A DNA stretch of 64,000 nucleotides from Candidatus Brocadiia bacterium JP1 (GCA_051388875.1 JBMFFR010000003.1:36687-100686); one strand, 5' to 3'; positions 27,568 to 37,059 are shown, counted from the first letter of the stretch. Notes: generated by a model not told the origin, from the sequence alone. Made by a program: numbers and translations.

Positions 27568-28658
27568 AGGTAGCCATCGGTAGAACCTAAGTAAACTGTG
27601 CCATCGGGACCAATAGCGGCCGAGGAGAACTCTATGGGACCATCTGTCTTATAGCTCCATTTGACCTTGCCGTCCGAGCCTATGGCATAAAAGGTCCCAT
27701 CCCTTGAACCTATGTAAACCGTGCCGTCCTTTCCTATAGTGGGTGAGGCCACTACGGTAAAGTCAGTGGGAAAGTGCCATTTCTCCTTGCCTTCAGGGCT
27801 GACGGCAAAGACTATACCCTCCCCAGAGCCTATATATATGTTGCCCTCTTCATCAATGGCAGGGGAAGAATCAATGTCATAAGCAGTTTTAAAAACCCAC
27901 CTCATATATCCCTCGGAGCTAACTGCATAGAGGTTGCCATCTCCGGAGGTGATGTAAATTGTATTGCCATCCTTGCCTATAGCAGGGGAAGAGTTTATAA
28001 TGTACTGCGTCCTGAAGGCCCATTTGCTCTTGCCCTCTGAGGTGAAAGCATATAGGCGGTCGTCCTGGGAGCAAAAGTACACAGTCCCATCTGGTGCAAG
28101 AGCTGGAGAGGAAATGGAGATATGGTCTTGCGTCCTGAAGGCCCATAGGGGTTTACCCTCTTTATCTATTGCGTGGATTTTCATATCCCAGGCGCCTACG
28201 TAAATGGTGCCATCAGGGCTAATGCAAGGGGAGGAAGGGATGCCGGTCCCTATACGACAAGTCCATTTCTTTGAGCCATCCGGATAGAGGGCATAGAGGT
28301 AACCGTCCCAAGAGCCAAAATAGATTATACCCCCTTCGCCCAGGGCGGGGGAGGACTCTATTGAATCGGCAGTGTAGAATGCCCAGCGTAGGCTGCCATC
28401 TGGATTAATGGCATAAAGTTTGCCGTCCTTTGAACCAATATAGATGGTGCCCTCTTGTGCTATAGAGGGGCTTGCTGTTATAGGGCCACTGGTTTTGAAT
28501 CGCCACTTGAGCGTGCCTTCCTGTGCCCCAATGAAAGGACTTTGTCCTGTGTGTCTGACATCGTGCCGAAACATGGGCCAGGGGGTATCCATCAGTTGTG
28601 CATGGGCCTGAGCGAGTAAGGTCAGAAGGGATAATATGATGATGAAAAGGGTTTTCAC
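27549..28658 (-). CDS. PQQ-like beta-propeller repeat protein (BamB-like), secreted
   Basis: About eight repeats of the type G(T)IYIGSxDGxLYA. The GTG start at 28658 has a perfect SD AGGAGG (28665-28670) 6 nt upstream. Signal peptide KTLFIIILSLLTLLAQAHA. Confidence 0.85.
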   Translation of the reverse strand: MKTLFIIILSLLTLLAQAHAQLMDTPWPMFRHDVRHTGQSPFIGAQEGTLKWRFKTSGPITASPSIAQEGTIYIGSKDGKLYAINPDGSLRWAFYTADSIESSPALGEGGIIYFGSWDGYLYALYPDGSKKWTCRIGTGIPSSPCISPDGTIYVGAWDMKIHAIDKEGKPLWAFRTQDHISISSPALAPDGTVYFCSQDDRLYAFTSEGKSKWAFRTQYIINSSPAIGKDGNTIYITSGDGNLYAVSSEGYMRWVFKTAYDIDSSPAIDEEGNIYIGSGEGIVFAVSPEGKEKWHFPTDFTVVASPTIGKDGTVYIGSRDGTFYAIGSDGKVKWSYKTDGPIEFSSAAIGPDGTVYLGSTDGYLYAFGP

Positions 28659-29442
28659 TGCAGTCCTCCTAATCTTTCTATCAGCGGGTTGTGCTACAAC
28701 AAGGGGCATTGTCCCAAGACGAACATTTACCATTGAAGAGGCACGTCACTATATAGGTATTAACTCTCTCAGGGTCAACACCATTAAGGCTAAGGTAGAT
28801 GTAACCATAAAATCGCCGGAACTTGAATCGCCACTATCCTGCCAGGGGTACCTCCGTATAGAACGGCCCAGGAAGCTTAGGGTTGTTTGTAGCAAATTAT
28901 TTAACACTGTTTTTGATATTGTATCCAATGGTAAAGAGTTTTGGCTTTATGTGCCGACAGAAAAAAAGATTTACACGGGTGTGGCCGATGAGGGTCTCAG
29001 TTATCTTGGGCTTAATTTCTCTCCAAATGATATAGCTGGTCTGCTGGATTTTGAAGAAATCATCTCTAAGAAGCGAATACTTTTTAAACCTGTGCCTCAG
29101 CATTGGGAGCTTCATGTGTTTGATGCCCAGGGTGCTCCTTACTGTAAACTCCTTATTGATAAAAAAACTTTGCTGGTGTCATACATTGAATCTTTTAATC
29201 CAGACGGTAGCCTTAAGATGCAGGCCACCCTTGGGGAGTATCAGACAATTGAGGATTGCCATCTGCCACGACATCTAGATATTTACTGGCCAAAGGGTGA
29301 CGTACATCTGGCACTTCATCTAAACAAGTTGGCTGTCAACGAGAAATTGGACCCGAAGGTCTTTCAAATCTCAGCACCCAAAGGGGTTAAGACTATGAGG
29401 GTAACTGAAACGTACATCGGTCCCAAAACGGCCTCTCAATGA
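28636..29442 (+). CDS. Lipoprotein, LolA/LolB-fold-like (DUF4292-like impression)
   Basis: Canonical lipoprotein signal MMMKRVFTAVLLIFLSAGC. The fold assignment comes from memory only. Confidence 0.6.
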   Translation: MMMKRVFTAVLLIFLSAGCATTRGIVPRRTFTIEEARHYIGINSLRVNTIKAKVDVTIKSPELESPLSCQGYLRIERPRKLRVVCSKLFNTVFDIVSNGKEFWLYVPTEKKIYTGVADEGLSYLGLNFSPNDIAGLLDFEEIISKKRILFKPVPQHWELHVFDAQGAPYCKLLIDKKTLLVSYIESFNPDGSLKMQATLGEYQTIEDCHLPRHLDIYWPKGDVHLALHLNKLAVNEKLDPKVFQISAPKGVKTMRVTETYIGPKTASQ

Positions 29443-29526
29443 TAAACGAAGGTGTAAATTCACCTTGGAAGATTATACTCTTATCTGTATTAGTTACAAG
29501 TCCGGTAGTGATTGAGCATTTGGTAT

Positions 29527-30717
29527 CTATTTACTTGAAGTTGATTGAGCTAGGGTGTTAAGTAGAAACTGGATTTGCTCATGCGTGTGCTCACTCATAA
29601 CTGTTATCCTGAGGCGGCTTGTACCTTCTGGTATGGTAGGGGGGCGTATTGCTGTTACTAAGAGGCCTTTTTCAAAAAGGGATTTGGACATGGCTACCGC
29701 CTCTTCCGCAGCGCCTATTATAATTGGGAATATGGGTGACTCAGCGTCTTGTGCTTTAATTCCCTTGAGGCCGTGCACTTTTGCCCCTTCTTGCAGGTAT
29801 CGGACATTCCTCCATAGGGCCTCCCTTCTGGAAGGTTCTTCTTCTATAATTTTGAGGGCCTCCATTGCGGCTGCGCATGCCGCCACTGGTAGGGCAGTGG
29901 TATAAATGAAGGGCCTTGATTTGTTCCTCAAATACTCAATGAGCGTCTTGCTTCCTGCTACAAAACCTCCAACACCACCGAGTGCCTTGCTAAATGTGCC
30001 CATATGTATATGCACCTCTTTTTCTAACCCGTAGTGCTCTACTGTGCCGTGGCCCTTTTTACCCAATATGCCGGTGCCGTGGGCATCATCCACCATTAGT
30101 ATAGTCTTGTATCTCTGGGACAACTCTACAATATGCGGCAATGGGGCAAGGTCTCCATCCATGCTGAATACGCCATCTGTAACTATAAGTCGCCTTCTAT
30201 ACTGAGAGGATTTCCTCAAAACATCCTCTAATTCTTGCATGTCTTTATGTGCGTATACACGGAAGTCAGCCCCTGAGAGCCTACACCCATCAATGATACT
30301 TGCATGGTTGAGTCTGTCACCTATGACAATATCCCCCTTCCCTACTATGGCAGTTATTGTGCCCAGGTTGGTCATGTAGCCGGAGGGAAAGGTCAGGGCA
30401 GCTTCTGCACCCTTAAAGCGGGCAAGCTCAGCCTCAAGTGTCTCGTGAATAGTGGTATTACCTGATACTAGCCTGGATGCCCCTGCACCCCACCCATAGC
30501 GTTCAATAGCCTCTTGAGCCGCCCGTTTTAACCTTGGATGTTCAGCCAGCCCAAGATAATTATTGGAACAGAAACAGACGTAGTACGTGCCATCTAGTTT
30601 AACGAAGGGTCCTTCTGCGCCCTCTAGAGAGAGGAGGTTACGATAAAGCCCTTTCTGACGTAACTCGTGTAACTCGTTTTCTGCGAATAACAGCTCATCC
30701 ATAACCCAGGAAATCAC
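29527..30717 (-). CDS. bioF: 8-amino-7-oxononanoate synthase / alpha-oxoamine synthase family PLP enzyme
   Basis: AOS-family sequence with the PLP lysine context GTFSKALG and DDAHGTG. Confidence 0.8.
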   Translation of the reverse strand: MISWVMDELLFAENELHELRQKGLYRNLLSLEGAEGPFVKLDGTYYVCFCSNNYLGLAEHPRLKRAAQEAIERYGWGAGASRLVSGNTTIHETLEAELARFKGAEAALTFPSGYMTNLGTITAIVGKGDIVIGDRLNHASIIDGCRLSGADFRVYAHKDMQELEDVLRKSSQYRRRLIVTDGVFSMDGDLAPLPHIVELSQRYKTILMVDDAHGTGILGKKGHGTVEHYGLEKEVHIHMGTFSKALGGVGGFVAGSKTLIEYLRNKSRPFIYTTALPVAACAAAMEALKIIEEEPSRREALWRNVRYLQEGAKVHGLKGIKAQDAESPIFPIIIGAAEEAVAMSKSLFEKGLLVTAIRPPTIPEGTSRLRITVMSEHTHEQIQFLLNTLAQSTSSK

Positions 30718-30924
30718 TCCTTTTTAAATTTCTGGCAACATTTCCTAAGCCGATGTCTAAAATGAACGCCAATGTAGACTAACGAAGGTTATTTATATTT
30801 AATAAGCAATAATCTTAGCAGGTTTCAAGTACTTTTGGTAAATGGCCCAAAAAGCCATTGGCTGCCGTTTACTTCAAAAACTTTTGTGTAACTTTGAGGT
30901 GTGTACTTTGGTGGAAGTCGTTTC

Positions 30925-32259
30925 TTATTCCTGCGGCAAGTATATCACATATCCTCTTGGTGGGGCCCAGAAATCGCACCAGCCCTCTTCTTGTGTCCAT
31001 TTTTCTTGGGGGATTCCAGAGTCGTTATGCCCCCTCCAGGCCCCGGGGACGAATTTGGTGTTTCTCCACTTTGTTCTAACCCGTGCCCCGTTCCATCCAT
31101 CCCCGCGGTTATTCATTACAAAAATTAACCCTTTCTGGGTATTAAAACCGTTTCTTTGCATGATATAGAGAGTGTCATCCACATAAAGAATAGAAGTTGT
31201 ACCAGCGGCGTAGTGCTCGTGTATTCTGACAAGCTCTGCGATACCACTTTTGTTATCTTCTTGACCTAGATTCCAGTTGTAATAGTCCTGCCAGAATACG
31301 CAGGGATAACCTTCATGGGTCAGGATAAAGGCATAGGCTAGCATCTTGTTGTTTATGATGGGATTGTCGCGCACAATATCGTGGTTTTCCACGAAGGTCA
31401 CCGCCTCATGGGGCCTGTCCTTGAATAATACTCCACCTTCCGTAAGATTCCTCAAACTGTATCCGTAGGAGTCACAGAGGTTCTTCAGTCTGTCTCTTAA
31501 TGGGAAATCAAAGGCACTTGCAGGATTGTCTGACCATGCGTTTGTCTCATCAAGCCAGTCATCAATAGTGCGGTCACTATCCCAGCACTCACCCACACCG
31601 AAAGGTTTATAAGATTTTGCATTTTTGATAGCTCTTAACTCTTGAATGGCGCGCACCATCCAGCCACCGTAGCCTTTAACGCAGTCGTATCGGAAGCCAT
31701 CAAAGTTTATTTCCTCCAACAGCCACCTGGCATATTCAATGAGTTGAGTATACACGTATGGATTCCTGTGGCAGAGGTCGGGCATATCTCCGAATGTTGC
31801 CTCATCCCAAATCTCATATAGCGAGGGATGAAAGCATTTAGAATCTCGCAGGAACTTTCCGCTTTTCGGGGTAAACTTTGTCCATCTCTCCTCGTTGTCA
31901 AGCGGATTTTGTTCCTTCACATCGCCTCCGCTATTATGGTTTAGTACGAGATCAGCATACACCTGTATATTGTTTTTATTGGCAAGCTGAATTAGTTCAA
32001 TCAATTCCTCTTTTGACCCGAACCAGGTGTTTATTGAGTCTTTTTGGTGAATATCTCCAAGGTCATAATAATCGTATGGGTCATACCCCATGGATGGGCC
32101 TCCGATATTTGCAGCCTTACTTACCGGTGGCAACCATAGTGCAGTAAAACCTATCTTGCTTAGTGAGGGAACCTTACTTTTGACATGGTTCCACCACTGA
32201 TACTCTGTGCCTTCTAGTCTCGGACAATCCCAGTAAAAGGCTTGCATAATTACACCCAT
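30925..32259 (-). CDS. GH13 alpha-amylase, no signal peptide
   Basis: MGVIMQAFYWD..., GFTALWLPP, GYDPYDYYDLG and DLVLNHN are GH13 hallmarks. The ATG at 32259 has the SD GGAGGGG (32262-32270). The longer ORF-track start would overlap the upstream gene. Confidence 0.85.
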   Translation of the reverse strand: MGVIMQAFYWDCPRLEGTEYQWWNHVKSKVPSLSKIGFTALWLPPVSKAANIGGPSMGYDPYDYYDLGDIHQKDSINTWFGSKEELIELIQLANKNNIQVYADLVLNHNSGGDVKEQNPLDNEERWTKFTPKSGKFLRDSKCFHPSLYEIWDEATFGDMPDLCHRNPYVYTQLIEYARWLLEEINFDGFRYDCVKGYGGWMVRAIQELRAIKNAKSYKPFGVGECWDSDRTIDDWLDETNAWSDNPASAFDFPLRDRLKNLCDSYGYSLRNLTEGGVLFKDRPHEAVTFVENHDIVRDNPIINNKMLAYAFILTHEGYPCVFWQDYYNWNLGQEDNKSGIAELVRIHEHYAAGTTSILYVDDTLYIMQRNGFNTQKGLIFVMNNRGDGWNGARVRTKWRNTKFVPGAWRGHNDSGIPQEKWTQEEGWCDFWAPPRGYVIYLPQE

Positions 32260-32302
32260 AATTCCCCTCCTGTTTTTATCGCAAGAGATTTCCGCCCTAT
32301 TT

Positions 32303-32572
32303 CTAGTTAAGTAGACGTAGCTTTCTTGAAAGTTTAAGATGTTTGACCCATTGCTGGTCTGATAACTCCGAAACCGCACGGGCCGAAAGCGTTGCGGTGA
32401 TTAGCTGTTTTCCAACAACACCCTCTCTAACCCCTAATTTTTCTAAGAATGTTGCTTCTGCGGCAGTTATTGAGTGTGTGGTATAAATAAAGACTGCGAG
32501 TATAGGCTGCTCAGGGTCTTGAATCTCACCGAGCACAGCGGCAAGTGATGCATCTATTTTCTTATAATCCAT
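32303..32572 (-). CDS. 89-aa protein homologous to the N-terminal (propeptide-like) domain of the adjacent S8 peptidase
   Basis: Pairwise similarity seen by eye: MDYKKI/MKYEKI, LAVFIYT/TAVFIHC, LEKLGVRE/LAKYGIRV, ITATLSA/RTAFLPL, LSDQQWVKHLKLSRKLRLL/LSEDKAVKRIIPSRYLRLL. Confidence 0.6.
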   Translation of the reverse strand: MDYKKIDASLAAVLGEIQDPEQPILAVFIYTTHSITAAEATFLEKLGVREGVVGKQLITATLSARAVSELSDQQWVKHLKLSRKLRLLN

Positions 32573-32742
32573 ACTGAATTTTATTTCCTATACGTTTACG
32601 CTAAAAATATAGGCTTGCAAGTGCCTCTAGTTTTAGAGGTAAGAGTGGCCAGGGCTAAGTACTTGTGTTAATTATACTTACAACAAAACACTACTTGTTT
32701 CACCAACTTGGTATTCCTCCGAGGCTGGGTATATTTTAGGCA

Positions 32743-34503
32743 TTAAACGGTTCCAGCCATTCCGGACATGTTGAGTAATCCAAAACCCCATTTAATGTCA
32801 AAAGTTCCATTAGACTTGCCTGGAATTGAGCAGTGCGTACGCAGCTTTGTTTTAACCTGACCAGGGTCAAGTGACGAGTTACGCTCCAGGAGTAATGCGA
32901 TAATGCCAGTGACGAATGGTGTCGCCATGCTGGTTCCTGCGTTAATACGATAACTTGGCGTGACAACATAGGCTGCTGGAACTAAAGAATCAGCGGAACG
33001 CGCTGCTGTAATCATAGCCCCTGGTGCTGCCAAGTCAGGCTTCTGGCTGTCATTGCGTAGCGGGCCTTCACTGCTAAAATCAGAGATTTCATCCAGGTCA
33101 AGCCCTACCGATTGCGTATTGTTGCTAATATCTTTCCACTGTACTTTTGTGGTGTAGGAAGCAACCGTAATAGCGCTGGCAGAGGCTCCCGGCGAACCAA
33201 CCTTAAGTGTATCGTGAACACTTTTCCCGGTAAAAATGACATCCAAACGATTGCTGTCGTCTAATACCCACACGTCTACCCGTCCCTTGCTAATTGTTAC
33301 ACCTCGCAACAACAGCCGCCAGGTCCCCGCAGTGACTGGAGTAAACGAGCTTGGCTGGCGAACCTCTACTAAGAAATTATGGTCGCCGTTAGCAGGGTCA
33401 GGGCCAGGGGTAGCGATAAGTACTCTTCCATCTGGCAGGATGTAAGTCTGTTCCGATGGGCCAGAAGTTTTAATTCCTTGATAGGGTGTCTGGAACCCAC
33501 CGGGTGATTGAACCGCTACCTCCATCTTGTCATTGCCTGAATACCAGCCGTTCTGTAGGACGGTGCTAATGGCATCCATGCCAGAAGAAGCTGGTACTTT
33601 AAAGCGGATCTTTCGTTTGCTACCTTGAGACACGGTGGTTTGTGCGTGGATATTGTCGTTACCTTCATTGCCGGCTGCGCAACAGACGATTCGCCCGGGA
33701 CCAGACTCACTATCAATAATTTGGGATAACGGATCGCTGCCATCGTGGGCATCGTAGTGTGCTCCCAAGCTGAGATTGACTACTGCTGAGCGTCCTAGAT
33801 TGCGTGCAACGCGGAATATATAGCGGATACCATCGGCAATGTGGGCATCTAATAAGTCTGATTTAACAATGACCAATTCTACCCCGGGTGCTACTCCACC
33901 AAAGGAAGCATCCTGACCAGCAGCGATTCCAGCGACATGGGTGCCATGGCCATTGGTATCGCGGGAGGTTGTCAATAGAGTTCCGGTTACCTCGGCCCCA
34001 TAGCCACCTTCTGGTACACCTGTGCCAGATAGAGTTTGGTCCCAAATGCTTCGTATGCGGCCCGTGAAAGCGGGGTGGTTGGGGTCTATACCAGTATCTA
34101 CCACACCCACGATAACCCCTTTGCCGCTCAGTCCAGTAGTGTTACGGAATGGTGGGAGGCTCACTTTGCCCGGAGCAACATCCATGAGAAGGCGTAAATA
34201 ACGGGATGGGATAATACGCTTAACGGCTTTGTCTTCAGACAAAGGGTCTAAACTCTCCAGGGGCAAGAACGCTGTTCTGACCCTGCCCTTGGGCTGATTA
34301 ACTCTGATACCATACTTGGCCAGGTGCTGAAGGCTTGGTTCTGCTTCACAATGGATAAAGACGGCTGTTCTAGGTGGTTTTGGACTGCCCTCAGCTGAGA
34401 CCAAGCCCATTGCCCGCATGTGTAGGGCTAAGCCCTTCTGCCCTTCCTTTTGGTAGTCTTCCATCGCCGTCATAAGTCCTGGAGCAATTTTCTCATATTT
34501 CAT
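32743..34503 (-). CDS. Subtilisin-family (S8) serine peptidase, no signal peptide, large insert between the His and Ser motifs
   Basis: Catalytic triad contexts VGVVDTGID, HGTHVAGI and GTSMATP. SD GGGAGGG lies upstream of the ATG. Confidence 0.9.
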   Translation of the reverse strand: MKYEKIAPGLMTAMEDYQKEGQKGLALHMRAMGLVSAEGSPKPPRTAVFIHCEAEPSLQHLAKYGIRVNQPKGRVRTAFLPLESLDPLSEDKAVKRIIPSRYLRLLMDVAPGKVSLPPFRNTTGLSGKGVIVGVVDTGIDPNHPAFTGRIRSIWDQTLSGTGVPEGGYGAEVTGTLLTTSRDTNGHGTHVAGIAAGQDASFGGVAPGVELVIVKSDLLDAHIADGIRYIFRVARNLGRSAVVNLSLGAHYDAHDGSDPLSQIIDSESGPGRIVCCAAGNEGNDNIHAQTTVSQGSKRKIRFKVPASSGMDAISTVLQNGWYSGNDKMEVAVQSPGGFQTPYQGIKTSGPSEQTYILPDGRVLIATPGPDPANGDHNFLVEVRQPSSFTPVTAGTWRLLLRGVTISKGRVDVWVLDDSNRLDVIFTGKSVHDTLKVGSPGASASAITVASYTTKVQWKDISNNTQSVGLDLDEISDFSSEGPLRNDSQKPDLAAPGAMITAARSADSLVPAAYVVTPSYRINAGTSMATPFVTGIIALLLERNSSLDPGQVKTKLRTHCSIPGKSNGTFDIKWGFGLLNMSGMAGTV

Positions 34504-34642
34504 AGCATGTCCCTCCCTACTAAATGTGTTACAGCATTCTAATGTTTATCTTATTTTTGAACAGGGGTTTACTCTTTTAAGATACCCAATCAAGAATTTT
34601 AGTGGTGTGTTCCTGTGCGCTAATTCTGAATTTGTCATCTCG

Positions 34643-36190
34643 TTATCTCCAAAAGGTCTTATCTAGAGTTCTATATTGGACGGCCTCCGAGACATGTTCG
34701 GCACGGATGTCGGGGCTGCCTTCTAAGTCAGCAATGGTGCGGGAGAGTTTTAACACCTTGGTGTAGCCTCTGGCTGATAGGCCCATCTCCACCATGGCAG
34801 ACTGAAGGAGGGTTTCTGTCTGTGCGTCAACGATACAAAATTGTTTTATTAATCGGCCGGACATCTGGGCATTGGTGGTTAGGCCATACTCTTTGAGTCT
34901 CTCCATCTGGGTTGCCCTGGCGGTTGAGACTTTTTCCCTTAGCTGGGTGGAGTACTCCCCAGTAGGGTTACTGGTCAGGTCTCTATGCTCAAGCGCTGGT
35001 ACCTCTATATGGATGTCAATCCTGTCCAGCAATGGGCCAGAGACCTTGGAAAGATAGCTTTGAATCTGATGAGGGGTACAGCGACAGCGCTTTTTAGGAT
35101 GGGTGTAGAAACCACAAGGGCATGGGTTCATTGCTGCCAGTAGCATTATCCTTGCGGGGAAGGTGACGGCGCTTGAGGCCCGAGAGATAGTTATTTCACC
35201 GGTCTCCAGTGGTTGACGAAGGGACTCCAGGACGTTTCGGTTGAACTCAGGTAGTTCATCAAGGAAGAGCACCCCGTTATGGGCAAGGGTAATCTCTCCG
35301 GGTTTTGGGGAAGTACCACCACCCACCAGGCCCGCCTCGCTAACGCTATGGTGTGGGCTGCGGAAGGGGTGTCTGGCCACCAGGCACTCGCCGCCTGAGG
35401 TAGGTTCATCCAGCAGGCCGCACACGCTGTAAATCATGGTGGTCTCAAGTATTTCCTGGAAGCGGAGTTGCGGGAGAAGGGATGGGAATCGTTGGGCAAG
35501 CATTGTTTTGCCGCTTCCCGGTGGTCCTACCATGAGGATGTTGTGTCCGCCTGCGGCCGCTATGACTAGCGCCCTCTTGGCGTGTTCTTGACCCTTCACT
35601 TCTGCAAAGTCTACATCATACTGGTTGAAGTTTTTGAGGGTATCCTGAAGGTTTAGCTTAATGGGTGTGATAGAAAGTTGACCGCTAAGGAAACCTACCG
35701 CCTCTGCAAGGTTTTTTATGGGGATGACCTCCAACCCTTCTACAAGTGCGGCCTCCGTGGTATTCTCGGCTGGAAGGATAATCCCACGGTAACCCTCTTT
35801 TCTGGCCTTCAGGGCCATAGATAGACAGCCCTTTATTGGTTTGACCTGACCATCAAGGGAGAGTTCTCCAATAACCATATATTCCTCCAGTCTCGGGTAT
35901 TCTACCTGCTTACTGGCCATAAGGAGGCCTAGGGCCATGGGGAGGTCAAAGGCGGGGCCTTCCTTTTTCATATGGGCAGGCGCCAGGTTAATGGTGATAT
36001 GGTCGGAGGGGAAACGGTATTGACTATTAGTTATGGAGGCCTTTACTCTATCACGACTCTCCCTTACTGCCTGGTCTGGGAGTCCTACGAGTACAAACTG
36101 GGGCAGAGACCCCCTTGAAACGCAGACTTCTATCTCTACGATATAGGATTCAATACCCTTTATCCCTGCACTGAAGACCTTTGTCAGCAT
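34643..36190 (-). CDS. comM: YifB/ComM-family Mg-chelatase-like ATPase
   Basis: Lon-like N-terminal domain, Walker A GPPGSGKT, and a ChlI-type C-terminus. The likely start is MLTKVFSAG at 36190. Confidence 0.9.
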   Translation of the reverse strand: MLTKVFSAGIKGIESYIVEIEVCVSRGSLPQFVLVGLPDQAVRESRDRVKASITNSQYRFPSDHITINLAPAHMKKEGPAFDLPMALGLLMASKQVEYPRLEEYMVIGELSLDGQVKPIKGCLSMALKARKEGYRGIILPAENTTEAALVEGLEVIPIKNLAEAVGFLSGQLSITPIKLNLQDTLKNFNQYDVDFAEVKGQEHAKRALVIAAAGGHNILMVGPPGSGKTMLAQRFPSLLPQLRFQEILETTMIYSVCGLLDEPTSGGECLVARHPFRSPHHSVSEAGLVGGGTSPKPGEITLAHNGVLFLDELPEFNRNVLESLRQPLETGEITISRASSAVTFPARIMLLAAMNPCPCGFYTHPKKRCRCTPHQIQSYLSKVSGPLLDRIDIHIEVPALEHRDLTSNPTGEYSTQLREKVSTARATQMERLKEYGLTTNAQMSGRLIKQFCIVDAQTETLLQSAMVEMGLSARGYTKVLKLSRTIADLEGSPDIRAEHVSEAVQYRTLDKTFWR

Positions 36191-36383
36191 GGTCTTTATC
36201 TCGGAATACCTTTGGAAGGATACCCTTGTTTCAAATATTTTGCAAGACAAAAGAGGTCAAGAGAAGGTCCTTTAGTTTATACAAGAATCCTCAGGTTTAA
36301 ACATTTTATTCACAAGTACTTGATACCTAAAAAGTTCCGTTTGTGGTCAAAGAAGGGGGGATGAGTGATTGCAGTGGATGTAT

Positions 36384-36556
36384 ATGAATAAAGAAAGTAT
36401 TGTCGGTGATTTGATAAACTTTTATGGGATGGTTTAGAGACCCATCAAAGAGAATGGGTTTTCCCGTATGGAAAAGTTATAGGGGACGTTAACATGTATA
36501 TTAAAGAGATTAAGCCTGTATTTTCTAGTTGTGTGGGTAAGGGGGCTTACAGCTAA
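36384..36556 (+). pseudogene. Possible decayed gene remnant
   Basis: It reads MNKESIVGDLINFYGMV*RPIKENG..., then after a frame change NMYIKEIKPVFSSCVGKG. Coding-like segments are broken by stops and a frameshift. Confidence 0.3.
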
Positions 36557-36686
36557 AAAAGGAAGAGGTGGCCACTAATCGCTTATCACTCGGAGGGCCT
36601 GGATCACAGCAAGGCCATCCAGATATAAAGGCTTGACCCATTGAAGTGGTGGTGTATATAATATTTCAAAAAAAGAAATACAGCTA

Positions 36687-36881
36687 ATGGATTGGCTCTA
36701 TATTTTATTCGTTATCTTGACCTTTGCGCTTATAGTCCTAACTGTGCGGAAATATTGGAGAAAGTGGCCCACACGGGTAGAGGACAAGTTAGAGAAGATT
36801 GACAAGAGGTTGGGGGGCTCGTACCAGGTGGGCTCGCTTGAGGGTGGCCTTAATCACGAGGAAAAAGGGGCAACCGGTTAG
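36687..36881 (+). CDS. Small single-TM protein (64 aa)
   Basis: Preceded by TTGACC...TATAAT (36633-36662). N-terminal TM helix WLYILFVILTFALIVLTV. Confidence 0.45.
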   Translation: MDWLYILFVILTFALIVLTVRKYWRKWPTRVEDKLEKIDKRLGGSYQVGSLEGGLNHEEKGATG

Positions 36882-36919
36882 AGACTCTCAATCTGTCCTT
36901 GAGCTAAAGGGGGATTAGT

Positions 36920-37048
36920 GTGAATTATAATCTAGAAGGTATGGAGGTTAAGAGGGGAGAGGGGAAAATACCCTGGTTTCTAAACCTCGCCTTTCTGATA
37001 CTTATACTCTGGGCAATATACTATCTATGGGAAAATGTTTTAAAGTAG
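36920..37048 (+). CDS. Unannotated 42-aa single-TM protein, FixP_N/CcoP-N-terminus-like
   Basis: GTG start 5 nt after the SD AAAGGGGGA. It translates to VNYNLEGMEVKRGEGKIPWFLNLAFLILILWAIYYLWENVLK. It falls below the ORF-track size cut-off. Confidence 0.45.
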   Translation: MNYNLEGMEVKRGEGKIPWFLNLAFLILILWAIYYLWENVLK

Positions 37049-37059
37049 AATTAAGACTT

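Noticed and set aside
30842-31168. Three overlapping plus-strand ORFs (73-108 aa) opposite the amylase 3' end
   Set aside because: They are antisense to a motif-rich GH13 gene and overlap each other in different frames. They have no RBS.
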